A stretch of DNA of 64,000 nucleotides. Origin: Candidatus Poribacteria bacterium. Its GTDB lineage: Bacteria; Poribacteria; WGA-4E; WGA-3G. The first letter of the stretch is position 1. Each line of letters starts with the position of its first letter. Both the position numbers and the translations under genes were made by a program. Positions 49,204-58,781 of the stretch are shown here, in pieces. The notes under the pieces are model-generated. The model searched no databases and had not been told where the DNA came from. It worked only from the letters and a program-made list of their open reading frames with translations. Where the stretch lies: assembly GCA_012267415.1 (NCBI GenBank), contig JAAXGN010000036.1:122058-186057 (forward strand), in the 5' to 3' direction.

Positions 49204-50139
49204 TTAATCAGATTCAAGGTTTAACCAAGCCATTTCTTCATTGGATAGTTTGAGGTTTAGTGCTCCAAGTGAAGAATGCAGCTCTTCTAAGTTTGCAGGT
49301 CCTATAATTGGAAATATTGGAAAAGGGAGATGAAGGCAATAAGCAAGTGAAACTTGAATGGCAGAATATCCGTATTTTGACCCCAACTTTTTCGCCCGTT
49401 CAAATCTTTCAAAGTTTTCATCGTTGTAATAGACACGGACCATATTACTGTCCTTTCGGTTTTCAGGTGTAAATGCGCCACTAAAGAAACCGCGTGCCTG
49501 TGAAGACCACGGCATCAGTGGAAACCGCGTCTCTTTATGCCACTGACGTGCCATTTCATCAACATTGACACAGCCACCCCATATCGGTTCTATAGGCACT
49601 GCAAGGCTTATGTTGTTACTACATGCGACAAAACCGTGTAGTCCGTTTTCTAACGCATATCTGTTCGCTTCATCAATCCGTGCGGGTTCCCAGTTTGACG
49701 CTGCGATCCAGCGGATACGTCCTGCATTAATCTCCTCGTTTAGGTAATCAATAATTGTGCTTACTTGGATAGATGTGTCATCTCTATGCAGCATATAAAG
49801 GTCAATGTAATCGGTGTTAAGTCGTGTAAGGTTTACATCAAGGTCTTGCTTTACATACTCAGGAGCAACTCTATTGGGAATGCCGCCATAAGGGTGCCCA
49901 CCTTTGTCTATTAGAAAGACATCATTTCGGTTTTTTCGTTCTTGCATCCATTGTCCGATTACCCTTTCACTATTGCCGCCGCCGTAGATATGTGCGGTAT
50001 CAAGTGCATTTCCACCTTCCTCAAAGAAGGTATCAAGCATCTTAGTGCTATGGTGATATGTGTCAGGTGAATACATCATAGTACCCAGAATCAACTGTGA
50101 TATTTCTTTATCGACTCCGGGTATCTTCATAAGATTCAT
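49204..50139 (-). CDS. Aldo/keto reductase
   Basis: LILGTM, LDTAHIYG.G.SERVIG, DYIDLYMLHRDD, ASNW, PWSSQARG, PIIGP. Confidence 0.93.
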   Translation of the reverse strand: MNLMKIPGVDKEISQLILGTMMYSPDTYHHSTKMLDTFFEEGGNALDTAHIYGGGNSERVIGQWMQERKNRNDVFLIDKGGHPYGGIPNRVAPEYVKQDLDVNLTRLNTDYIDLYMLHRDDTSIQVSTIIDYLNEEINAGRIRWIAASNWEPARIDEANRYALENGLHGFVACSNNISLAVPIEPIWGGCVNVDEMARQWHKETRFPLMPWSSQARGFFSGAFTPENRKDSNMVRVYYNDENFERFERAKKLGSKYGYSAIQVSLAYCLHLPFPIFPIIGPANLEELHSSLGALNLKLSNEEMAWLNLESD

Positions 50140-50257
50140 ATAGTCTCTTCCTTCTTTCAGGTTATTATGTGACCAGGCATGGGGCCAATCTTACCAATCT
50201 GACATGCTTAGATTATATCACATTTCTATGCTAATTTCAATGCAAAATTTCGGTTTG

Positions 50258-50584
50258 TGGTGTGTAAAGATTTTGGCAGAAATGGTCAGAAAAATCGTGT
50301 AGGTTCTACGTGTGAACGACACAATCCCAAGCACCAGCGGTGCGAAAGGTATATAGAATATGTGTTTTAATTTCGTGGCATGATATACCTTTCGCCCCTC
50401 TGGGGCTTACTCTGGTAATATCAACGTTTTCTATACACCTTTCGCCCCTCTGGGGCTTGACATTTTACAGAAACCTACTTCTCTCCTTACTCATGTGCTT
50501 CTACAAAAACTGTACACATTAGAAATATGTGTATTACTGAGTTTCATGTTAGAAGGGTGATTCTGCCAAAAACTTTACACACCC
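50258..50584. mobile_element. MITE (GGGTGTGTAAAG ends) with family-B hairpins
   Basis: Ends GGTGTGTAAAGATTTTGGCAG / CTGCCAAAAACTTTACACACCC. Confidence 0.85.
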
Positions 50585-50606
50585 TTGTGACAGGCATGGC
50601 TCTGCA

Positions 50607-50686
50607 AAGGCGCGTTCTTCCGTGAGCGCGCTTTTGCTTGTGTGTGGTCTAAAAAAGATACTGACCTACGTGGTGTAGGTCAGTAT
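50607..50686. terminator. Two hairpins downstream of the Ig-repeat lipoprotein gene
   Basis: AAGGCGCG...CGCGCTTTT and ATACTGACCTAC-GTG-GTGTAGGTCAGTAT; on the minus strand the latter is followed by a T-run. Confidence 0.5.
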
Positions 50687-50704
50687 TGGTTGAAAGATTC
50701 ATTG

Positions 50705-51922
50705 TTAGGCGGCGATGCTGACATTGCCTGCTCTGATGGACTCTCGGAGGAGCTCTATGAGCTCTTCGTCTGAGGCGTCCGGGTTGGCAATTTGGAGCAA
50801 CAGGTACTCCATGCCGATGCCGTGGACTTGCCACCTGATGCTGAGGAGCTTTTTGTCTTCCGGTTTCTCCTCTAAGTACACATCGTGTACCAGTGATACG
50901 GCGAAGCTGTAGGAATGTCCGTATGCCTCGGCATAGTATTGTTTTACCAATGCTTCGTTGCCAAGATCACCGCTGTAAGCAAGTATCCACGTTTTGTGTT
51001 TATATTCCGCGAACCTCTGAAAGGTTTCCTGTCCCACGTCCGTCTCCATATCAAATAGAGACCCATATTGTGAGATGATATGGTTGTACTTGAACTTGAA
51101 AGTTTTTATTTCTTTTTTCGTTGCAGTGCTGTCATCGTAGCCAAGCACACTGACAATGATGTCCAGCTGGATGCGCTCCGCCTCCGTTGTGGGGATGATG
51201 CCATGCCCTGGTGTCGGCTGCGTGTGCTCAAATGAGCTCTCGTCCTCAGCGATGCCTTTTGCGGTTGCTCTGACGGCCACGCTGCCGGCGGTAATCTTTG
51301 CTGCCTCAGCGGCGGGTACTATCACCGACCATGCGCCTTTGCTGTCTGTAGTGGTCTTCACGGTGACGGCTTCATCGCCTAGTACGACAGTCACCTCTTC
51401 CCCTTCGGGTATGGCGGTGCTGGTCCCGGAGACGGTAACGGATCCGTCGTCCGCTTGCATTACGGTGTCAATTGTTACTGTTGGTGTTGATGACGGTGTA
51501 TGTTCAAATGAGCTTGTGTCTGCTGCCTTGCCGGATGCTGCTTTGACCGTTGTTGTTCCCGCGGTAAGACTTGCTGCCTTTGCGGCGGGTACTGTTACTG
51601 ACCAGGCACCTGTTGCATCGGTAGTAGCGGTTGCGGTGGTCATATCACCGAGGGTGATCGTTACCTTTTCTCCCGCGGACAGATTGGCACTGGTACCGGA
51701 GACGGTGATTGATCCGTCGTCCGCTGGCAATATGGTGTTGATTGTTAGTGTTGGTGTTTTAGGGTTCTGTTCTTCCGGTTCTGGCGTTGGACTGTCAACT
51801 ACCGGACCGACCATGTTCATGCCCTCGTCACATCCTGTGACTATCAGGGATGTTACCAGTACTGTTATCCACATTGCAGTCGTGAAGACTGCAATGATGC
51901 TTCTTTTCGCTTCTTTCTGCAC
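50705..51922 (-). CDS. Lipoprotein with two bacterial Ig-like repeats (adhesin-like)
   Basis: AAGGAG RBS with GTG 51922; lipobox IVTGC. Two ~90 aa repeats TPT.TI.T...ADDGS.TVSGTS...GAWSV.VPAA...SSFEHT. Visibly GC-richer than the flanks. Confidence 0.8.
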   Translation of the reverse strand: MQKEAKRSIIAVFTTAMWITVLVTSLIVTGCDEGMNMVGPVVDSPTPEPEEQNPKTPTLTINTILPADDGSITVSGTSANLSAGEKVTITLGDMTTATATTDATGAWSVTVPAAKAASLTAGTTTVKAASGKAADTSSFEHTPSSTPTVTIDTVMQADDGSVTVSGTSTAIPEGEEVTVVLGDEAVTVKTTTDSKGAWSVIVPAAEAAKITAGSVAVRATAKGIAEDESSFEHTQPTPGHGIIPTTEAERIQLDIIVSVLGYDDSTATKKEIKTFKFKYNHIISQYGSLFDMETDVGQETFQRFAEYKHKTWILAYSGDLGNEALVKQYYAEAYGHSYSFAVSLVHDVYLEEKPEDKKLLSIRWQVHGIGMEYLLLQIANPDASDEELIELLRESIRAGNVSIAA

Positions 51923-52177
51923 TACTACTATGCTCCTTTTTGAGTTATACCAAATTAACAGGATATATCTCGTTTTATTGATGATCGGCAGAATGCGCTT
52001 TTGGCATTCTGCATTGATAAGGATATCGCACCTACCGCTCTGGATCACGTTAATCTGGTATACAAGTCCTCAAGTGGTGTGTATGGTTTAGATGACAACT
52101 TAGATTGTGCTACTTATGTAGCAACTTGGGTTATAATAGCATATACAGTTATATTTAGGCAACTATATTTTTTTGTC

Positions 52178-52375
52178 GGGTATGGAAGGTTTTTGGCAGA
52201 AATGGTCCAGACGTGTGTGTTTAATCTCGTAGCATGATATACCTTTCGCCCCTCTGGGGCTTACTATGGTAATATCAACGTTTTCTATACACCTTTCGCC
52301 CCTCTGGGGCTTGACATTTGCAGAAACCTAACGCCTCTCCTTACTCATCTGTTTCTACAAGAACTTTACACATCC
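52178..52375. mobile_element. Short MITE of the GGGTGTGTAAAG family
   Basis: GGGTATGGAAGGTTTTTGGCAG ... AACTTTACACATCC with two family-B hairpins. Confidence 0.75.
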
Positions 52376-52394
52376 GAAAGATGTTCATTTTCAC

Positions 52395-53354
52395 CTAAAT
52401 TCTATTCTGATATATTGATTGAACCAACTCCATTGTCTTCACAGCATCAGCAAAACACGTCATGGGTTTTTGATCATTCTGAATACAGTCTACAAAGTGT
52501 CGCGTTTCTCCGTAGAAACCATAGGTCATGTAAGTCTCATTAGAATTTACCGCTTCTTCTGTTGTGATTTCAGAGATGCCTTCAGATGTGTGGATTATTG
52601 CTTTTCCGCCAGCATCTGGATTGACATAAGCTGAAATCCCGCGAGCATGCATCTCAAAAATATGAATACGTCCACCAACTGCCCAATTTGTGCACAGCAT
52701 ACCTGAAGCACCACTTGTGAATTTCACAAGTGCATTGAAACTGTTCTCGCGTTCAGAGTTGAAACTGTTTATATCACTTGCAACAGATTTCACCTCGCCT
52801 CCACCAAGCCATCGCAACGTGTCAACTGCATGTATGGCATCACAGGTTAGTACGTCTATGATGCCATCATAGTAGAAAGCATTCGGTGAATTCTTATGGA
52901 ATGCAGACAAACATTGAATAATCGGACCGTGTTTTTCAACTAAATTCTTGACGTGTTGCATAAGTGGGATGAAACGACGATTGAAACCAACCATAGTTTT
53001 GCAGTCATTTTTTTCAGATGCTAAAGACATTTCTCTTGTCTGATGCAGTGTTATCCCTGGTGGCTTCTCAATAAAAACATGGCGTTTCTGATTTAAACAG
53101 TGAATTACAAGTGGAAAAAGTTGTTGAGGCGGCATTAGAATATAGACAGCATCAGGACTCGTTTTCTCAAGCATCTGTTTATAGTCTGTGAAAGTATTTT
53201 CAATCTCAAACCTTTCAGCAGTTGCATATAATTTGGTTTCCACTAAGTCGCATAAACCTACAATATTCACATCCTTGCACTCAGTCAGGGAGGGATAATG
53301 GACACTGTTTGCCATGCCACCTGCACCTATTAGTGCTATATCTATTTTTTGCAT
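52395..53354 (-). CDS. Gfo/Idh/MocA family oxidoreductase
   Basis: IGAGGMA, FIEKPPG, VGFNRRF, DAIHAVD motifs. Confidence 0.93.
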   Translation of the reverse strand: MQKIDIALIGAGGMANSVHYPSLTECKDVNIVGLCDLVETKLYATAERFEIENTFTDYKQMLEKTSPDAVYILMPPQQLFPLVIHCLNQKRHVFIEKPPGITLHQTREMSLASEKNDCKTMVGFNRRFIPLMQHVKNLVEKHGPIIQCLSAFHKNSPNAFYYDGIIDVLTCDAIHAVDTLRWLGGGEVKSVASDINSFNSERENSFNALVKFTSGASGMLCTNWAVGGRIHIFEMHARGISAYVNPDAGGKAIIHTSEGISEITTEEAVNSNETYMTYGFYGETRHFVDCIQNDQKPMTCFADAVKTMELVQSIYQNRI

Positions 53355-53578
53355 CTTGCACCTAATTTCAATCGGTTTTTCTTGTATATTACAAGAGAAC
53401 ATGTTAAAATGCAACTGACTTCTTAGTGAAAATCATTGTAGATGCTTCATTTAATGTAATCACAGGGATGTGTGAAGTTATTGTTCCCTTTTTGTCAGAA
53501 TCGCGGATTACACGGAGGACACGGAAGACGCGGAAAATACTCTCTTGCTCATATCAAAGTGCTTTCCACAGACATTCA

Positions 53579-55156
53579 ATGAATTTTGATCCAATAAAAT
53601 TAGAACTCTACAAAAACATACTTACCTCAGTTGCTGAAGAAATGGGTGTTACCCTGCAGAGGACTGCTTTTTCACCGAATATCAAAGAGCGACTGGATTT
53701 TTCTTGTGCAGTCTTTGATGCGGATGGTGGTATGGTTGCACAAGCTGCACATATTCCTGTACATCTCGGATCAATGCCGCTCTCTGTGTTAGCAGCAATT
53801 GAAAACACCCAGATGGATCCTGGAGATGTTGTCGTTCTGAATGATCCTTTTCGTGGTGGAACACACCTACCGGATATAACTTTGGTCACTCCCGTGTTTA
53901 GCGACACCTCCGATAGCGAACCAGACTTCTATGTTGCTAACCGCGCCCATCACGCTGATGTTGGGGGAATGACTCCCGGTTCAATGCCGCTCGCAACAAG
54001 TGTGATACAAGAGGGTATCCGCATACCGCCTGTTAAGTTATTACAAAACGGAAAAATAAACGAAGATGTATTAAGTCTTATACTCGCGAACGTACGGACA
54101 CCGATAGAAAGACAAGGAGATATTGAGGCACAACTCGCTGCTAACCGTATAGGTGAAAGACGATTACAGGAGATTACGCAGAAATACAGTATAGAAGAAA
54201 TCAATTCATATATGCAAGAACTCTGTGCTTATGCCAGTCGGATGGTGCGTGCCTTTCTGCGAAAGATTCCTGATGGGAAATATGAATTTTCTGACTATAT
54301 GGATAACGATGGCATAACAGATACACCTATCAAAATCTGTGTATCAATTGAAATCAAGGGTGATACCGCAATAGTAGATTTTACGGGTACTTCTGAACAA
54401 GTTCGGGGTTCTGTAAACGCTATATATGCTATCACAGTATCTGCTGTCTTCTACACATTCCGATGTATTGCTGGTGAAGATGTTCCTTCAAATGCTGGAT
54501 GTCTTGAACCTATCCAAATTATCGCACCGAAGAGTACAGTTATCAATGCGAATTTTCCTGCCGCTGTGGCAGGAGGAAATGTTGAGACATCACAACGGAT
54601 TGTTGATGTATTATTCGGTGCTTTAGCAAAAGCATGTCCCGATCAAATTCCAGCTGCAAGTTCGGGTTCCATGAGCAATATCACTGTCGGTGGATATGAT
54701 AATGAAAGGGATCGAGATTTTACATATTACGAAACTATCGCAGGTGGAATGGGAGCACGACCAACGTGTGATGGGATACATGCTATCCACACACACATGA
54801 CAAACACTATGAATACGCCTATTGAAGCAATTGAAACAAGCTACCCGATGCAAGTAGAACAATACGCTATTCGTCGGGGAACTGGCGGGGAAGGGAAATT
54901 CAATGGGGGTGACGGCATCGTCCGATCCTTACGGCTCTTAACTGATGCTGAAGTAACCATACTATCTGAACGTCGTGTTTTCAGTCCCTATGGATTACAA
55001 GGTGGTGAAAATGGACAGTCAGGTGAAAATGTCCTCATCCGAAATGGTAAGGAACAACCTATTTCAGCAAAGGCGACTATGGCTATTCAAGAAGATGATA
55101 TTATTGAGATTAGAACACCTGGCGGCGGAGGCTACGGAGAATCAGAGACGGGTTAG
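53579..55156 (+). CDS. Hydantoinase B / 5-oxoprolinase family protein
   Basis: AEEMG...RTAFSPNIKERLDFSCA, HIPVHLG, NDPFRGGTHLPD, HHADVGG, TPGGGGYG. Confidence 0.95.
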   Translation: MNFDPIKLELYKNILTSVAEEMGVTLQRTAFSPNIKERLDFSCAVFDADGGMVAQAAHIPVHLGSMPLSVLAAIENTQMDPGDVVVLNDPFRGGTHLPDITLVTPVFSDTSDSEPDFYVANRAHHADVGGMTPGSMPLATSVIQEGIRIPPVKLLQNGKINEDVLSLILANVRTPIERQGDIEAQLAANRIGERRLQEITQKYSIEEINSYMQELCAYASRMVRAFLRKIPDGKYEFSDYMDNDGITDTPIKICVSIEIKGDTAIVDFTGTSEQVRGSVNAIYAITVSAVFYTFRCIAGEDVPSNAGCLEPIQIIAPKSTVINANFPAAVAGGNVETSQRIVDVLFGALAKACPDQIPAASSGSMSNITVGGYDNERDRDFTYYETIAGGMGARPTCDGIHAIHTHMTNTMNTPIEAIETSYPMQVEQYAIRRGTGGEGKFNGGDGIVRSLRLLTDAEVTILSERRVFSPYGLQGGENGQSGENVLIRNGKEQPISAKATMAIQEDDIIEIRTPGGGGYGESETG

Positions 55157-55189
55157 ATAATTGGAAGAATGGAAGATATGGGAGATTTA

Positions 55190-56122
55190 ATGAAGTACGT
55201 TTTTACTCTACTGTTTATCTTAGTTTGTATTACACCAACGTTATCAGATGCTGCTGACAACTCTGATATTCACGAAAACGCTGGTACACGCGCGATGACT
55301 TTCCTCAAGATTGGTATCGGGGCTAAGGCAATAGGAATGGGTGAGTCCCATGTGGCAGCTGCTGATGACCTGTACGCTTCCTATTGGAATCCTGCAGGTC
55401 TCGTCAAACTACAGAAACCCCAACTGGCACTCATGCACAACGAACGATTCGCTGACATCAACTATGAACATATCGGTGTTGCGTTTCCAATAGGAGAAAA
55501 AAACAGTGTAGGAGTCAGCGTAAATTATCAGTCTTACGGAGAAATGCAGGGACGAGACCAAGAAGGAAATGAAACAGAATTATTCAACGCGTACGACTTG
55601 GCAATGGTGCTCTCTTATGCACGCGGTTTCGGTGATTCTTTAGCAGTCGGTGTAAATGCAAAACTATTACGGGAACAGATCGCAGATGAAAACGGAAATG
55701 GATTTGCATTTGATTTTGGAGGGATGTATACTATGCCTGATTTACCTCTCTCATTTGGAATCAATGCACAACACGTTGGACCCCGTATCAAGTATGTTGA
55801 GGAAGCGTTTCTGCTACCGTTTACATTGAGAATCGGGGCAGCCTATAGATTATGGAATGAGTCATTTTTGGTTACTATGGACTTCATTCGTCCTACAGAT
55901 AATCACAATTCCTTCGGTGTAGGTCTCGGATGGACAATCTTGAATATTCTGCAATTGCGGTCTGGTTACATCTATAAATTAGGTGGGAACGACTTAGGTG
56001 CCATGTCAGGCCTCAGAGCAGGATTTGGACTGACCTTGCGACGATTCCAAATTGACTATGCACTTGTACCCTACGGTGCCTTAGGACTTACGAACCGTTT
56101 TTCTTTGATTGCCAGTTTTTAG
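55190..56122 (+). CDS. PorV/PorQ-family outer-membrane beta-barrel
   Basis: Signal peptide, FLKIGIGAKAIGMGE, YWNPAGL, IDYA, C-terminal F. Confidence 0.85.
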   Translation: MKYVFTLLFILVCITPTLSDAADNSDIHENAGTRAMTFLKIGIGAKAIGMGESHVAAADDLYASYWNPAGLVKLQKPQLALMHNERFADINYEHIGVAFPIGEKNSVGVSVNYQSYGEMQGRDQEGNETELFNAYDLAMVLSYARGFGDSLAVGVNAKLLREQIADENGNGFAFDFGGMYTMPDLPLSFGINAQHVGPRIKYVEEAFLLPFTLRIGAAYRLWNESFLVTMDFIRPTDNHNSFGVGLGWTILNILQLRSGYIYKLGGNDLGAMSGLRAGFGLTLRRFQIDYALVPYGALGLTNRFSLIASF

Positions 56123-56819
56123 CTGCTTTGATAAATGCCTTAAAGAGTTTGCGTCTATGTTCAAGAAAACCGTCAGTTGCGGTCATCCTTTCTGGATGAT
56201 ATTGTACACCCAGTACAAACGGTTTAAATCGGTTTTCTATTGCTTCAATAACGTTATCAGATGAACGAGCAGTTACTACAAAATCTTTACCTACATCGTC
56301 AACTGCTTGGTGATGTGCTGAATTCACTTCGTCTACACTTTTCCCAACAATTTCATATAACTTACTATCAGGTTGGATCTTGATTTCATGCCGAGCATCC
56401 TCTCCATTCAACTTTGGGTGTCTGAGTACGGGTTTCGGATGTTCATCGTCTATATCTTGATATAGGTTTCCCCACATGGCGACACTCATTACTTGGATTC
56501 CGCGGCATATACCAAAAACCGGGATGTCCGTTTCCAGAGCTTTTTGACACAAACGTATCTCTAAAGCATCGCGTGACCTACTCACATGAGTTGCAGAACG
56601 TCTCTCTTCAAAATAGTGAGTTGGATCAATATCGCCACCCCCAGTTAACAGAATACCGTCATAATCATCCAAGAATTCAGGAATTACTGAATTGTGTTGG
56701 TGGGTTGAAATTTGTAGAGATACAAGCAGAATTGGTTCTCCGCCATATTCTTCAACAGTTCTTATGTAGTTTTCCACATCGCTGCTTCTCTTACATGTAA
56801 TTGCGATCTTTGGTTTCAT
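56088..56819 (-). CDS. Gamma-glutamyl-gamma-aminobutyrate hydrolase family (peptidase C26)
   Basis: LLTGGGDIDP, GICRGIQ, VNSAHHQAV, GVQYHPE. Confidence 0.93.
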   Translation of the reverse strand: MKPKIAITCKRSSDVENYIRTVEEYGGEPILLVSLQISTHQHNSVIPEFLDDYDGILLTGGGDIDPTHYFEERRSATHVSRSRDALEIRLCQKALETDIPVFGICRGIQVMSVAMWGNLYQDIDDEHPKPVLRHPKLNGEDARHEIKIQPDSKLYEIVGKSVDEVNSAHHQAVDDVGKDFVVTARSSDNVIEAIENRFKPFVLGVQYHPERMTATDGFLEHRRKLFKAFIKAAKNWQSKKNGS

Positions 56820-56894
56820 AGTGTTTCACTCCTATTGTGTTATTTGTACGAACAATTATAACATTTTTGGGTATGAAACAACAATAGGATTACA

Positions 56895-57053
56895 TTACTG
56901 CGTTAAGAAATAAATCGCCATCATAATCATGTCAAGTTCATCTGCTGAATCTGCTTTTTTATATTTGTACTCTTTCTTTTTCAAACGGCAGAAAAACTGA
57001 ATCAGACGGAGGGAAAAATAAGAAGCACAAACAAAAGAAAGAATAATATTCAT
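56895..57053 (-). CDS. Small hypothetical protein (52 aa), below the ORF-track cutoff
   Basis: GGAAGGA RBS; MNIILSFVCASYFSLRLIQFFCRLKKKEYKYKKADSADELDMIMMAIYFLTQ. Confidence 0.35.
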   Translation of the reverse strand: MNIILSFVCASYFSLRLIQFFCRLKKKEYKYKKADSADELDMIMMAIYFLTQ

Positions 57054-57109
57054 GGATTAATCCTTCCATTTTATACAATATGAATTTATCGACATTAAGT
57101 ATCAATCAA

Positions 57110-57334
57110 TTAGGATTCGGCAAGTGTTAACTCTTCTGCTAATTTACCTTCTAATATAACATCCTTAATAAAACTACTTGCATTAAGTATTTCAATACCT
57201 ATGAGATTGCCGTTTTCATTCAATTCAGCAGTGATATCAGGTGTTAATTCCAAGCTACCACTTTGAGGACCTTCAGAAAAAAGAAGATATAAAACATCTT
57301 CTTTATCAAAATATGTCATCTTTAGTTTATTCAT
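57110..57334 (-). CDS. DUF2283 domain protein
   Basis: YFDKEDVLY...ELNENGNLIGIEILNAS. Confidence 0.85.
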   Translation of the reverse strand: MNKLKMTYFDKEDVLYLLFSEGPQSGSLELTPDITAELNENGNLIGIEILNASSFIKDVILEGKLAEELTLAES

Positions 57335-57467
57335 GAGTATACCTACCTGTTCTAATTCTGTCGCGAATTTGCTGACGTGTAGATGACTTTCAAGTTCGAG
57401 GTTAGTTTCCTGTGCTATGAAGAGTGTATCATCTTCTAATCTGAATATTGGCATTTATTTCTATATT

Positions 57468-57650
57468 TCTATAAACATATCGTCCCTACGGGACTAAAAG
57501 GGTGTATATGATCTCTTTCTATAAACATATCGTCCCTACGGGACTAAAGAGCGTTCGTAAAGCCATTATCTATAAACATATCGTCCCTAATGAAGATTAA
57601 GATTTTACTTGGGTAATACGCGGGCGGGGAAACCCCGCCCCTACGAAACC
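57468..57650. repeat. Family-A REP direct array (3 copies) interrupted by an ATGAAGATTAAG-type end with family-C hairpin
   Basis: TCTATAAACATATCGTCCCTACGGGACTAAA x2, then a third copy truncated at CGTCCCTA|ATGAAGATTAAG. Confidence 0.8.
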
Positions 57651-57745
57651 TTATCCCTACGATGAGTCATATCAGTAGAATTACCTGATCATGTGAGAAA
57701 TTGTTGAATAGTATGTTCTTTAACATAGATCGTAATGTTAGGTGT

Positions 57746-58609
57746 TTAACGCACAAAACAGGACAGGAATTCATGAGACCGTAAGAGTCCTTCAGATTCT
57801 GATTCCCAGGTTCTCCAATAACGGTAATCCTCAAGCTCAACGCTTACAATGCCATCAAATCCTACATCTTCTAATATCTGGACGACCTTCAACCAGTCGA
57901 CTACGCCATCTCCAGGGATTGTGTATCGCCACCAATCTTCACCGAAACCACGTGGACTCGTAAAACTTGGTCCTAAATTGCCGTGCAAATACATCGCCTC
58001 TTCATCAAATGCTGTATCCTTGCCGTGGACATGCTTCACATTAGAGGCAAATTCATACAACGCCCGGATATGATCAATCCCTATTCTGACAAGATGTGAG
58101 GGGTCATAGTTGAGTCCTAATCCTTCTGATGGACATTCTGCAAACATGGCACGCCACAATTCAGGTGTACAGCCAAGTGCGGGATACGCGGGGGCACCAC
58201 CGGGCCAACCTTCAACTGCTATCGCAACTCCCTTCGATGCAGCAAATTCTGCTATGGGTGGAACAGTGTCCTTCCATATATCAAAGTTCTTACCGCGCCC
58301 AAGACTGGCATCTTCAGGCACAAAAACACAAAACATGATATGAACACCGTTCTCTGCTGCGGTTTCGATGGCGTGCTTTGCCTTCTCTGCACCCGATTTC
58401 TGCGTAGACTTTTTCGCACTGAGTAATTCACGAGTGCCGGGTAAATCAGCAGAACCAATTTCTAATCCTGCATCACGCGCTGTTTTCACGATCTCAGGGG
58501 TAACTTCTCCGATGTCAATCGCTTCAAATCCGTTATCCGCACACCACTTACAAAACTCAGGAAATGGCATCTGACGCGCAGTGCCAGGAATGCGTAAACC
58601 TATTTTCAT
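57746..58609 (-). CDS. Sugar phosphate isomerase/epimerase (TIM barrel)
   Basis: GFEAID, AVEGWP, NYDPSHL, HVHGKD, PGDGVVDW, SVELED motifs. Confidence 0.9.
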   Translation of the reverse strand: MKIGLRIPGTARQMPFPEFCKWCADNGFEAIDIGEVTPEIVKTARDAGLEIGSADLPGTRELLSAKKSTQKSGAEKAKHAIETAAENGVHIMFCVFVPEDASLGRGKNFDIWKDTVPPIAEFAASKGVAIAVEGWPGGAPAYPALGCTPELWRAMFAECPSEGLGLNYDPSHLVRIGIDHIRALYEFASNVKHVHGKDTAFDEEAMYLHGNLGPSFTSPRGFGEDWWRYTIPGDGVVDWLKVVQILEDVGFDGIVSVELEDYRYWRTWESESEGLLRSHEFLSCFVR

Positions 58610-58627
58610 GTAATTTCCTTATCCTTT

Positions 58628-58769
58628 TATAGTAAAACGTAAAATATCATGGTAGCTTTTTGCACGACGGGCAATGAATTGCCCTACTACGAACAATTTA
58701 TAGTAAAACGTAAAATATCATGGTAGCTTTTTGCACGACGGGCAATGAATTGCCCTACTACGAACAATT
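58628..58769. repeat. 71-bp exact tandem duplication (TATAGT end + family-D REP)
   Basis: TATAGTAAAACG...GACGGGCAATGAATTGCCCTACTACGAACAATT twice. Confidence 0.92.
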
Positions 58770-58781
58770 AATCGACTGTTA

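Noticed and set aside
51156-52091. 311-aa plus-strand ORF
   Set aside because: Antisense shadow of the GC-rich Thr/Ala/Val-rich lipoprotein gene; runs into repeat DNA.
57468-57589. CRISPR-like array (31-bp palindromic repeat, ~19-20 bp unique spacers)
   Set aside because: Only 2.5 repeats with short spacers and no cas genes. The same unit occurs in inverted pairs at 4699 and 48840, so it is a REP array.
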